Origin: Betaproteobacteria bacterium RIFCSPLOWO2_12_FULL_62_58
GTDB taxonomy: Bacteria > Pseudomonadota > Gammaproteobacteria > Burkholderiales > SG8-41
NCBI GenBank assembly: GCA_001772005.1
Contig: MERI01000048.1
Span: forward strand, 2,626-66,625
Direction: 5' to 3'
Length of the DNA: 64,000 nt
Shown here: positions 25,362 through 35,414 of the stretch, in pieces
How the letters are laid out: each line of letters starts with the position of its first letter
How positions within the stretch are numbered: position 1 is the first letter of the stretch
Program-made: the position numbers and the translations under genes
Notes under the pieces: model-generated
Databases searched by the model: none
What the model was told of the DNA's origin: nothing
The model's input: only the letters and a program-made list of their open reading frames with translations

Positions 25362-26510
25362 ATGAACCTGCCTGAGCCTTCCGCGGACGCACGGGCGCAC
25401 AGCGCGCGCGTGGCCGCTCATATCCGAGCCGAGATTGAAGCCAGCGGAGGCTGGATCAGCTTCGCGCGCTACATGGAGCTAGCGCTCTACGCGCCGGGGC
25501 TGGGCTACTACATGGCGGGCGCCCGCAAGCTCGGGCAGGACGGCGACTTCGTGACCGCACCGGAGATTTCCGATTTGTTCGGACAGACGTTGGCGCAGCA
25601 GGTAAAGCACGTACTCGCCCCGGGTTGCGACGAAGTCCTGGAAGTGGGTGCCGGGTCGGGCGTGCTCGCCGCGTCGCTGATCGGGGAGCTCGAACGGCTC
25701 GGCGCGCTGCCCTCCCGTTATCTGATCCTCGAACTGTCGCCCGATTTGAGAAGCCGCAGCCGCGATACCCTGGCCGCGCGCGTGCCTCATCTCATGGAGC
25801 GCGTGGCCTGGCTCAACCAGTTGCCGCCGGCGTTCCGCGGATGCGTCATCGGCAACGAAGTGCTGGACGCGATGCCGGTCAACGTGGTCTGTCGCGACCG
25901 CGCTTCCCTGAGCGAGCAGGGTGTTGTGGTCGATGGCGACGGCTTCGGCTGGGCCGCCCGCCCGCTGCCGGAAGCGCTGCGCACGCAAATTAACGATTCG
26001 TACTTGCCGGCGCCCGGTTACTGCACTGAAATCCAGTTCGCCGCGCGCGGCTTCGTGCGCAGCCTGGCGCGGGTGCTCGAGCGCGGTGTCGCGCTGTTTG
26101 TCGATTACGGTTTTCCGCGGCGCGAGTACTACCATCCGCAGCGCGCGCGCGGCACGCTGATGTGCCATTACCGCCATCGCGCGCATGACGATCCGTTCTT
26201 CCTGCCCGGGCTGCAGGACATCACGAGTCATATCGACTTCACCGCAATCGCCGAAGCCGCCTGTTCATCCGGCCTGGAACTGCTCGGCTACACCAACCAG
26301 GCGCAGTTTCTCATCAACTGCGGCATCACCGATGTGCTCGCGCGCACGCCGGCGGAGGACGCTCGGGCCTATCTGCCGCTCGCCGCGCAGGTGCAAAAGC
26401 TCACCAGCCCGGCCGAGATGGGCGAGCTGTTTAAGGTCATCGCGCTGGGCCGGAACGCACCGCAACCGCTGCCCGGATTCAGGAGCGGCGACAAACGGCA
26501 CACGTTATAG
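25362..26510 (+). CDS. SAM-dependent methyltransferase, DUF185/NDUFAF7-like
   Basis: ISFARYMELALYAPGLGYY...GDFVTAPEIS...LEVGAGSG. Confidence 0.8.
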   Translation: MNLPEPSADARAHSARVAAHIRAEIEASGGWISFARYMELALYAPGLGYYMAGARKLGQDGDFVTAPEISDLFGQTLAQQVKHVLAPGCDEVLEVGAGSGVLAASLIGELERLGALPSRYLILELSPDLRSRSRDTLAARVPHLMERVAWLNQLPPAFRGCVIGNEVLDAMPVNVVCRDRASLSEQGVVVDGDGFGWAARPLPEALRTQINDSYLPAPGYCTEIQFAARGFVRSLARVLERGVALFVDYGFPRREYYHPQRARGTLMCHYRHRAHDDPFFLPGLQDITSHIDFTAIAEAACSSGLELLGYTNQAQFLINCGITDVLARTPAEDARAYLPLAAQVQKLTSPAEMGELFKVIALGRNAPQPLPGFRSGDKRHTL

Positions 26511-26520
26511 GTGCGCACTG

Positions 26521-27234
26521 ATGGACTCATGGCTGGTATCGTCCTGGCCGTTCCGATGGTGGATAACCGTGATGGCGGCAACCGCGTTCGCCGGACCGGT
26601 AGCAGCCGCGGACGCCACCGCACCCGACACACCGGAAATCGCCAAGGCGAAATATCTGTGGTCGCAAAGCCCGCACGGCAAGCTGCTGGAGCGCATCCTG
26701 CCGCCCGCGATCGAGCCGCGCGAGCTGCCGGAGCCGCGGGCGGAAGGCGCGCGGCTCACCGCGCGCTACTGCGTGCAATGCCATTATCTTCCCAACCCGC
26801 AGATGCACACCGCCGCGAAATGGAAGCCGATCGTCGAGCGCATGGTCTGGCGCATGCAGGGCAAGGGCAACCTGGGTGAACTGATGAAAGAAATGATGGC
26901 GGATATCCGGGCGCCATCGGAACCGGAGATCGCGGTTCTCACCCGCTACCTGCAGAAGCACGGCCAGAAGGAAATCGATCCCGGGCACCCGGCGCTCACT
27001 TCGACCGCGGGGCAGATGTTCAGCATCGCCTGTTCTCAATGCCACGCACTGCCGGACCCCCGGCGCCACAGCGCGCGCGAATGGCCGGCGGTGGTCGAGC
27101 GGATGAAGCGCCACATGACGTGGGCTAATGTCGTCGTCGGCGTGAGCGAACTGCGCACCCTGCCCGAACTCAAGACCGAAGAGATCGTCCGCTTCCTGCA
27201 GCGTTACGCCCGCGCGGGGCCCAAAATCAAGTGA
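26521..27234 (+). CDS. dihaem c-type cytochrome, exported
   Basis: Two CXXCH motifs (CVQCH, CSQCH). Hydrophobic N-terminus. Start trimmed from the track ORF, which overlaps the previous gene. Confidence 0.7.
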   Translation: MDSWLVSSWPFRWWITVMAATAFAGPVAAADATAPDTPEIAKAKYLWSQSPHGKLLERILPPAIEPRELPEPRAEGARLTARYCVQCHYLPNPQMHTAAKWKPIVERMVWRMQGKGNLGELMKEMMADIRAPSEPEIAVLTRYLQKHGQKEIDPGHPALTSTAGQMFSIACSQCHALPDPRRHSAREWPAVVERMKRHMTWANVVVGVSELRTLPELKTEEIVRFLQRYARAGPKIK

Positions 27235-27338
27235 CAAGTGACGGGGTATGGGTGACGAGATGCGAGTGACGAGATACAGGTGACGTACAACCTATCAATG
27301 CACTTCATCACCCTTAATCGTCACCATTATTTCGTCAC
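27231..27338. repeat. GTGACNN heptamer array (8 units) plus inverted partner array with 14-nt period
   Basis: gtgacaa gtgacgg ggtatgg gtgacga gatgcga gtgacga gatacag gtgacgt; right arm tcatcac..tcgtcac cattatt tcgtcac. Starts on the stop codon of the cytochrome gene. Confidence 0.8.
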
Positions 27339-27354
27339 CGGTATTCGGCTCTAG

Positions 27355-28338
27355 ATGAAAGCAATGCAGCTCATCGCGCCGCGCACGGCGCTCAAGGTCG
27401 TGAATCTGCCCATCCCGCAGCCCGGAGCCGGGCAGCTATTGATCAAGGTTCGCGCCTGCGGCGTTTGCCGCACTGATCTGCACGTCATCGACGGCGATTT
27501 GACCGGCGGCAAAATGCCGATCATTCCCGGCCATGAGATCGTCGGCGAGGTGGTCGAGCGCGGCGCGGCTGTCGAACGCTTCAATATCGGCGACCGCGTG
27601 GGTGTACCGTGGCTGGGCGCCACTTGCGGATCCTGTCACTACTGCTCGAGCGGCCGCGAGAACCTGTGCGACGGCGCGCGCTTCACCGGCTACCACCTCG
27701 ACGGCGGCTACGCCGAATACACGCTCGCGGACCAACACTACTGCTTTGCGATTCCGACCGAATACGATGACGTCGCTGCGGCGCCGTTGCTATGCGCCGG
27801 GCTGATCGGTTACAGATCTCTGGTGGCAGCAGGCGATGCGAAAAGGCTCGGCATTTATGGCTTTGGAGCCGCCGCGCACATCGTTGCCCAGGTTGCACGC
27901 CACCAGGGGCGTGAGCTCTACGCGTTCACGCGCCCAGGCGATGCCGAGGGTCGGAAGTTCGCACGCGAACTCGGCGCGTTGTGGACGGGCGATTCGACTG
28001 CCGCGCCGCCCGAGCCGCTTGACGCCGCCATCATTTTCGCGCCGGTCGGCCCGCTCGTCGTCGCAGCGCTGAGGGCAACCGCCAAGGGCGGCACCGTCGT
28101 GTGCGCCGGCATCCACATGAGCGAAATTCCGGCTTTCCCCTATCACCTCCTCTGGGGCGAACGCGCCATCCGTTCGGTCGCGAACCTGACCCGCCGCGAC
28201 GGGGAAGAATTTCTCGCGCTCGCGCCGCGCATCCCGGTGCGGACTTCAACCGAATCCTTCGCGCTCACGCAGGCCAACGAAGCCCTCGCCCGCCTGCGTG
28301 AGGGACGCATTACCGGCGCCGCGGTGCTTATTCCGTAA
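27355..28338 (+). CDS. zinc-dependent alcohol dehydrogenase family protein
   Basis: CGVCRTDLH, GHEIVGEV, GIYGFGAAAH Rossmann motif. Confidence 0.9.
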   Translation: MKAMQLIAPRTALKVVNLPIPQPGAGQLLIKVRACGVCRTDLHVIDGDLTGGKMPIIPGHEIVGEVVERGAAVERFNIGDRVGVPWLGATCGSCHYCSSGRENLCDGARFTGYHLDGGYAEYTLADQHYCFAIPTEYDDVAAAPLLCAGLIGYRSLVAAGDAKRLGIYGFGAAAHIVAQVARHQGRELYAFTRPGDAEGRKFARELGALWTGDSTAAPPEPLDAAIIFAPVGPLVVAALRATAKGGTVVCAGIHMSEIPAFPYHLLWGERAIRSVANLTRRDGEEFLALAPRIPVRTSTESFALTQANEALARLREGRITGAAVLIP

Positions 28339-28401
28339 ACGGTGACGAAGCGACGCCGTGCCAGGGGTCGGAGCACGCGAACGGGTATTTTCAACGGCCC
28401 C

Positions 28402-30074
<1,673 letters not shown>

Positions 30075-30093
30075 TCACATGAGGAGAGGAAAT

Positions 30094-31014
30094 ATGCGTG
30101 TCGGCTTCATCGGTTTGGGCACCATGGGCAGCAGCATGGCGTTGAATGCGCGCAAGGGCGGGCACGATCTCGTCGTTCACGACCTGCGGCGCGACGCGGC
30201 ATCGCCCCATCTCGCTGCCGGCTGCACCTGGGCGGACTCGCCCGCGGCGGTGGCCAAGGACGCGGACATCGTGCTGACTTCGCTGCCGGGGCCGCGCGAC
30301 GTCGAAGCCGTCGCGGAAGGGCTGATCCAGACCATGCGGCCGGGCACGCCGTGGTTCGACCTCTCGACCAATTCACCGACCGTGATGCGCCGCCTGCACG
30401 AGCGCTTTGCCGCGAAAGGGCTGCCGGTGCTCGATGCCCCGGTCAGCGGGGGACCGAAAGGCGCGAAGAGCGGGAAGCTCGCGCTCTGGGTGGGCGGCGA
30501 CAAGGCCGTCTTCGACAAGTATCGCAAGGTGCTCGACGCCATCGGCGACCAGGTGCGGTATATCGGCCCGATCGGGGCCGGCTCGATCGCGAAACTGGTG
30601 CACAACGCCGCAGGTTACGCGATTCATTGCGCGGTAGCCGAAGTGTTTACCATGGGCGTGAAGGCTGGCGTCGAGCCGCTGGCGCTCTGGTCCGCGATCC
30701 GCCAGGGGGCGCTGGGGCGCAAGCGCACCTTCGAGCGCATGGCCGACCAGTTCCTCCAGGGCAAGTTCGAGCCGCCGGACTTCGCGCTCAATCTCGCCTT
30801 TAAGGACGTAACGCTCGCCACGGAGCTCGCGCGCGAAATCGGCGTGCCGATGCGCATGGCATCGCTCGCCCACGCGGAAATGGCCGAGGCGATCAACCGC
30901 GGCTGGGGCGCCAAGGACTCGCGGGTATTCCTGCTGCTGCAGGAAGAGCGCGCGAAGGTGGAGATCAAGGTGCCGGCGGCGGATATCCAGTCGGTGATCG
31001 AGCGCGAGGGCTAA
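30094..31014 (+). CDS. NAD(P)-dependent 3-hydroxyisobutyrate-dehydrogenase-family oxidoreductase
   Basis: MRVGFIGLGTMGSSMA; RBS GAGGAGAGG at 30081. The stop codon lies inside the REPIN-like element. Confidence 0.88.
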   Translation: MRVGFIGLGTMGSSMALNARKGGHDLVVHDLRRDAASPHLAAGCTWADSPAAVAKDADIVLTSLPGPRDVEAVAEGLIQTMRPGTPWFDLSTNSPTVMRRLHERFAAKGLPVLDAPVSGGPKGAKSGKLALWVGGDKAVFDKYRKVLDAIGDQVRYIGPIGAGSIAKLVHNAAGYAIHCAVAEVFTMGVKAGVEPLALWSAIRQGALGRKRTFERMADQFLQGKFEPPDFALNLAFKDVTLATELAREIGVPMRMASLAHAEMAEAINRGWGAKDSRVFLLLQEERAKVEIKVPAADIQSVIEREG

Positions 31015-31211
31015 GAGTTTGTCGGACTTAGCCCCGACAAACTCCTAATGCAAAACCGGCGCCAGGAACATTGCAAAAGAGGATGATGGATATGCGAATT
31101 CACCCCTGTTTTTCTTCATATTCGGCCGCTTCGGGCGGGGTTTCTTCCGAATGGTCAGCCGGTTTTGCTTTTAGCAGCCTGTCGGACTGTTAAGTCCGAC
31201 AGGCTGCCAGG
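31011..31211 (+). mobile_element. REPIN/MITE-like element, copy 2
   Basis: agagtttgtcggacttagccccgacaaactcct ... gcaaaaccggcg ... cagccggttttgc ... agcagcctgtcggactgttaagtccgacaggctgc. Confidence 0.8.
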
Positions 31212-31217
31212 ACGAGC

Positions 31218-32015
31218 ATGCAACTTCCGAACTACGAGGTTTACGCGATCAAGTATGCGCGGCGCGATGCGCGGCGCCCTGAGCACTTCATCGGCGGCGA
31301 TCCCCACGACGCGCCGATGCCGATGGATTATTTCGTGTGGCTGGTCCGCAGCGGGGAGCGGACGATCGTGGTGGACACCGGCTTCACCGCGGAGGTGGCA
31401 GCGAAACGCAAGCGCGAATACATCCGCACGCCGAAAGCAGGGCTGGCCTTGCTCGGCGTCCAGGCCGAAGCGGTGCGCGAGGTCATCATCACGCACATGC
31501 ACTACGACCACGTCGGGACGTTCTTCGACTTCCCGAAGGCTGTTTTCCATCTGCAGGACGAAGAGATGCGCTTCGTTACCGGCCGCCACATGCGCCACGC
31601 GCGCTTCGCCCACTCGTTCGAGGTCGAGGACGTGGTCGGCATGGTGCGGATGCTGTTCAAGGGCCGTGTCCTGTTCCACAAGGAAGTGGAGGAACTGGCC
31701 CCCGGCGTCAGTCTGCATCACATCGGCGGGCACACGCCGGGACTGCAGTCGGTACGGGTCCACACGCAGCGCGGCTGGGTGGTGCTCGCATCGGATGCGG
31801 CCCACTATTACGAGCACATGGAGACCGGGCGCTGCTTCACCTCCATGTTCAATCTGGGAGACGCGCTGGAGGGCTACGACACGCTGCGCCGGCTGGCGGA
31901 CTCGCCCCGGCACATTGTCCCGGGCCACGATCCTCTCGTGATGGCGCGCTACCCGGCGGTTACGAAGGAACTCGAGGGCATTGCGGTCAGGCTTGACGTC
32001 ATGCCGCGGGAATAG
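31218..32015 (+). CDS. MBL-fold metallo-hydrolase (N-acyl-homoserine-lactonase-like)
   Basis: ITHMHYDHVG metal motif; 265 aa. Confidence 0.85.
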   Translation: MQLPNYEVYAIKYARRDARRPEHFIGGDPHDAPMPMDYFVWLVRSGERTIVVDTGFTAEVAAKRKREYIRTPKAGLALLGVQAEAVREVIITHMHYDHVGTFFDFPKAVFHLQDEEMRFVTGRHMRHARFAHSFEVEDVVGMVRMLFKGRVLFHKEVEELAPGVSLHHIGGHTPGLQSVRVHTQRGWVVLASDAAHYYEHMETGRCFTSMFNLGDALEGYDTLRRLADSPRHIVPGHDPLVMARYPAVTKELEGIAVRLDVMPRE

Positions 32016-32033
32016 ACGGCGCGCAGGCAAGCG

Positions 32034-32068
32034 ACGTCACTCGTCACGCATCACTCCTCACCAGTCAC
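32034..32068. repeat. Five tandem heptamers NNNTCAC
   Basis: acgtcac tcgtcac gcatcac tcctcac cagtcac. Confidence 0.8.
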
Positions 32069-32148
32069 GCTTCTCAGGCCTTGGCGAGCGTGATATCCGG
32101 ACCCGCGGCAAGGAATCTTCTACGCGTAAACATCAGCAGCCTCCAGCG

Positions 32149-32187
32149 CTCACCCCCTAACCTTCCCCCCGCCTTGCGGGGGGAAGG
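32149..32187. repeat. GC-rich REP-like hairpin, family copy 3
   Basis: ctcaccccctaa ccttcccccc gccttgc ggggggaagg. Confidence 0.7.
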
Positions 32188-32200
32188 AAATATTTTCCCT

Positions 32201-32242
32201 TTCGCCTCAATCCTTACGCCTTACGCCTCTCGCCTGTCGCCT
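32201..32242. repeat. Six tandem heptamers NNCGCCT
   Basis: ttcgcct caatcct tacgcct tacgcct ctcgcct gtcgcct; ends 4 nt from the GST stop codon. Confidence 0.8.
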
Positions 32243-32245
32243 CTC

Positions 32246-32863
32246 TTACGAAGGCACCTTCATACCGCGCTGCACCGCGGGGCGCGCCGAGGTCGCGTCG
32301 AACCAGCGTTTGACGTGGGGAAAATTGTTGAGATCGGTCTTGTGCCATTCGTAACGCGCCACCCACGGATAAGTCGCGATGTCGGCAATCGAGTACTCGT
32401 CGGCGAGATACTCGTGCTGCTGCAGACGGCTGTTCAGAACACCGTAAAGCCGCCGGGTTTCTTTCACGTAGCGCTCGATCGCGTACGGCACAGCCTCCTT
32501 CGCCGCGCGCAGGAAGTGGTGCACCTGCCCGAAAATCGGCCCCACGCCGCCCATCTGGAACATCAACCACTCCAGCGCGAGGTATCGCCCGCGCACCGAC
32601 TGCGGCAGCAGCTCACCGGTCTTGCCGGCGAGGTAGACGAGGATCGCGCCCGACTCCATCATCGTCACCGGCTCGCCGCCGGGGCCGCCGGGATCGACGA
32701 TCGACGGGATCTTGCTGTTCGGGTTGATCGCGACGTACTCGCGTTTGAACTGATCGCCCTTGCCGATGTTGATTGGATGCACCCTGTACGGCAGCGCGAG
32801 TTCCTCCAGCATGATGGAAATCTTGCGACCGTTGGGAGTGCTCCAGGTATACAGATCTATCAT
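32246..32863 (-). CDS. yfcG: glutathione S-transferase, YfcG-like
   Basis: MIDLYTWSTPNGRKISIMLEEL... closely parallels E. coli YfcG MIDLYFAPTPNGHKITLFLEE. AAGGAG RBS before the ATG at 32863. Confidence 0.88.
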   Translation of the reverse strand: MIDLYTWSTPNGRKISIMLEELALPYRVHPINIGKGDQFKREYVAINPNSKIPSIVDPGGPGGEPVTMMESGAILVYLAGKTGELLPQSVRGRYLALEWLMFQMGGVGPIFGQVHHFLRAAKEAVPYAIERYVKETRRLYGVLNSRLQQHEYLADEYSIADIATYPWVARYEWHKTDLNNFPHVKRWFDATSARPAVQRGMKVPS

Positions 32864-32903
32864 TACGCTCCTTCGTGGCTCATGGATCATCAGTCACGCA
32901 TTG

Positions 32904-34013
32904 TCAGTGACGCCTTAATACCTGTTGTATCGCGTCGAGCCGCGCTCCGCGTATCCGGCTGCGTATCTCACCCGGACTCTGCGCCGCTTTGGCGATTGCG
33001 CCGGCGTCGATCGCTGCCGCTGCTTGCCGTGCCCGCTCGAGCACATCCCGTACCACGTCGGTTTCCGGTTCGCCGGCAAGCGCGGCGGTAATCAGCTCGG
33101 CGAAGCGCTCGGGTTTGCGCCAGGCGTCGGCCGCGTCGAGCAATTCGAGCAGCGCCGCGGCGTCCAACTCGGCAGCGTCGACGATGGTATTGGCGTGACG
33201 CGCCGCGAACAGCGCAAGGTCGCGGCAAGCGGCAGGCGCTTTGAGCCGGCCGGCGAGCGCCTCGACCGCGAGCGGGTCGAGCGGGCGGGCGAGGGCCGCA
33301 AAGCGCGCTTCGAGCGATCCGCCCTCGCGCGCCACGGCATCGAGCGCGGCGAGTGAAACGGCGGCCGCTTCGCCACCGTCGAACAGGGCGTCGAGTTCGG
33401 GTGCAACCCGCGCGAGCGCCCCGCACTCGCGCAGCACGTCGAACATGCGCGACGGCTTTCCTTCCATCAGCCCGCGCGCGAATTCCTGCCATACGCGTTC
33501 GGCCACCAGCGCGTCGGCCTCGCCGTCCATCACCATGCGCCGCATCAGCGCGAGCGTCTCCGCCGCGATCGCGAAGCCGTAGCGCGCCGCAAAGCGCGCC
33601 ACCCGCAGGATGCGCACCGGGTCCTCGGCAAATGCGGGGCTGACGTGACGCAACACACCCGTTCTGAGATCGACGGCGCCGTTGAACGGATCGATGATGG
33701 CGCCGTCCCGATCCCTGGCAATGGCGTTGATGGTGAGATCGCGGCGCTGCAGATCCTCTTCGAGCGTGATGTCCGGCGCGGCGCGAAACTCGAAGCCGTG
33801 ATAACCACGCGCGATCTTGCGCTCGGTGCGCGCCAAGGCATATTCCTCGTGCGTCTCGGGATGCAGAAAAACCGGGAAATCCCTGCCGACCGGCTTGAAC
33901 CCGAGCTTGACCATCTCCTCGGGGGTGGCGCCGACCACGACGTAGTCGCGGTCCGTTACCGGCAGCCCCAGCAGTTCATCGCGCACCGCGCCGCCGACGG
34001 AGTAGATTTTCAC
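32904..34013 (-). CDS. cca: CCA-adding tRNA nucleotidyltransferase
   Basis: (V)KIYSVGGAVRDELLGLPVTDRDYVVVGATPEEM matches E. coli Cca [28 protein letters not shown]. GTG start at 34013; no SD visible. Confidence 0.9.
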   Translation of the reverse strand: MKIYSVGGAVRDELLGLPVTDRDYVVVGATPEEMVKLGFKPVGRDFPVFLHPETHEEYALARTERKIARGYHGFEFRAAPDITLEEDLQRRDLTINAIARDRDGAIIDPFNGAVDLRTGVLRHVSPAFAEDPVRILRVARFAARYGFAIAAETLALMRRMVMDGEADALVAERVWQEFARGLMEGKPSRMFDVLRECGALARVAPELDALFDGGEAAAVSLAALDAVAREGGSLEARFAALARPLDPLAVEALAGRLKAPAACRDLALFAARHANTIVDAAELDAAALLELLDAADAWRKPERFAELITAALAGEPETDVVRDVLERARQAAAAIDAGAIAKAAQSPGEIRSRIRGARLDAIQQVLRRH

Positions 34014-34016
34014 GAC

Positions 34017-34118
34017 AAAGTGAAAAGTGAAAAGTGAAAAGTGATCCCCCACCCCCACCCTCCCCCCGTGACGGGGGAGGGAATCAACCACGTTTCACGT
34101 TTCACGTTTCACCTTTCA
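34017..34118. repeat. Composite palindromic element: (AAAGTGA)x4 - REP hairpin - (CGTTTCA)x3 CCTTTCA
   Basis: Four perfect AAAGTGA units at 34017-34044; central ccctcccccc gtgac gggggaggg (34046-34081); right arm at 34091-34118. Confidence 0.9.
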
Positions 34119-34412
34119 CGCTTGCGTACGGCTCGTCGGCGGCGACGAAGGCGGTTTCCTGGCGCGCGGCTGCCATCCATTCCTGCACTGCCGCCAGCCC
34201 GCGCACGGCATCGGCGTAGGCCTGTGCCACCGGCGGCATTTCGACAGCGTAGGTCGCAAAGCGCATCGCTCGATGCCTTGCGGGTGCCCGTCTTCGTCGA
34301 ACCACAGCTGGATTTCCTCGAACGCGATGCCCGCCTGGCGCAGCAGCACCCAGGGCCGCATCGACCACGAGGAATAGTTCTTGTTACCGATGACCAGTTG
34401 TAGCCTGGCCAT
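34102..34412 (-). pseudogene. glutathione S-transferase remnant (internal deletion plus frameshift)
   Basis: N-terminal MARLQLVIGNKNYSSWSMRPWVLLRQAGIAFEEI in one frame; C-terminal ...YAVEMPPVAQAYADAVRGLAAVQEWM... in another. About 100 codons in total versus about 220 expected. Confidence 0.7.
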
Positions 34413-34413
34413 G

Positions 34414-35352
34414 TCACCTGCCGGCGCGATTGCGGAAACGCTGATAGCGCATGCGCGGCGTCTGGAGCGCGAGCCAGGCCGGCGCCACCGCTTCCAGCGC
34501 GGCCGGCGGGATGCCGAATGGAAATTCGCAGTGGCAGACGCTGTCGACCTTCATCGAGTAATAATTGTCGCGCGTCAGCAGTTTGACCGGCAGCCACTCC
34601 ATGGCGAAGGCCTGCCAGTAGGAGAGAGTATCGTTGAGTCCGATCACCGGCCGCGCGTGTCCCGTCATCCTGCCGACGTACTCGACGAGTTCCCGCAGCG
34701 TGTAGGCCTTCGGGCCGCACAGGTCGTAGCTCTTTCCGAAGCTCGTGAGGTCTTCCAGGCTTTTCACAAACGCCGCGGCGACATCCTCGACAAACACCGG
34801 CTGGAAGCGCGCATCGGGGCTCGCCAGAAACACGACCGGCAGAAATCTGAGCAGGCTCGCGAACAAATTGAGAAAGCTGTCTTCGCGGCCGAAGACTACC
34901 GACGGGCGGAACACGGTGACGTCGAGCCCGGAAGCGCGTACAATCGCTGCCGCTTCACCTTTGCTGCGCAGATAGGCGCTGGGCCCGTTGGCGTCGGCGT
35001 TGAGCGCGCTCATGTGAATATACCGCCGCACGCCTTCCCGCCGGCACGCCGCAGCCACCTTGCGCGCGAGTTCCACGTGTGCCTGGGCAAAGCTGTGCCT
35101 GCCACGTCCGTCGTGCAACACACCGGCCAGGTTGATTACAGCCTCGACACCGCGGATGGCGCGCGTGAGATCGTCCGGGTCGTGGACATCCGCCGCGGTC
35201 AGCTCCACGGTCGGCAGCAGGATCAGTTGCTTGACGCGCTCGGGGTCGCGCGTCGGCACGCGCACGCGATAGCCCTGTGCGGCGAGCCGGTGACAGATAT
35301 GCCGGCCGACAAATCCGCTGCCGCCAATCACACAGACTGTTGTTATATCCAT
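34414..35352 (-). CDS. NAD-dependent epimerase/dehydratase, NDUFA9-like
   Basis: VCVIGGSGFVGRHICHRL Rossmann motif; 312 aa. Confidence 0.85.
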   Translation of the reverse strand: MDITTVCVIGGSGFVGRHICHRLAAQGYRVRVPTRDPERVKQLILLPTVELTAADVHDPDDLTRAIRGVEAVINLAGVLHDGRGRHSFAQAHVELARKVAAACRREGVRRYIHMSALNADANGPSAYLRSKGEAAAIVRASGLDVTVFRPSVVFGREDSFLNLFASLLRFLPVVFLASPDARFQPVFVEDVAAAFVKSLEDLTSFGKSYDLCGPKAYTLRELVEYVGRMTGHARPVIGLNDTLSYWQAFAMEWLPVKLLTRDNYYSMKVDSVCHCEFPFGIPPAALEAVAPAWLALQTPRMRYQRFRNRAGR

Positions 35353-35374
35353 GCCCGGGTTCTACTCCTCACGC

Positions 35375-35414
35375 CTTAGGAGTTTGTCGGGGCTAAGTCC
35401 GACAAACTCCTAGG
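35375..35414. repeat. Solo REP hairpin (type A end of the REPIN-like element)
   Basis: cttaggagtttgtcgg ggctaagt ccgacaaactcctagg; contains the stop codon of slt (35410-35412). Confidence 0.85.

Noticed and set aside
31155-32030. Minus-strand 291-aa ORF and alternative plus-frame ORFs over the MBL hydrolase gene
   Set aside because: Only the 31218-32015 frame carries the HxHxDH metallo-beta-lactamase motif.
34014-34091. Alternative GTG start of cca at 34091
   Set aside because: It would translate the REP hairpin and the AAAGTGA array (giving ...GDHFSLFTFHF). The homology to Cca starts exactly at (V)KIYSVGG.
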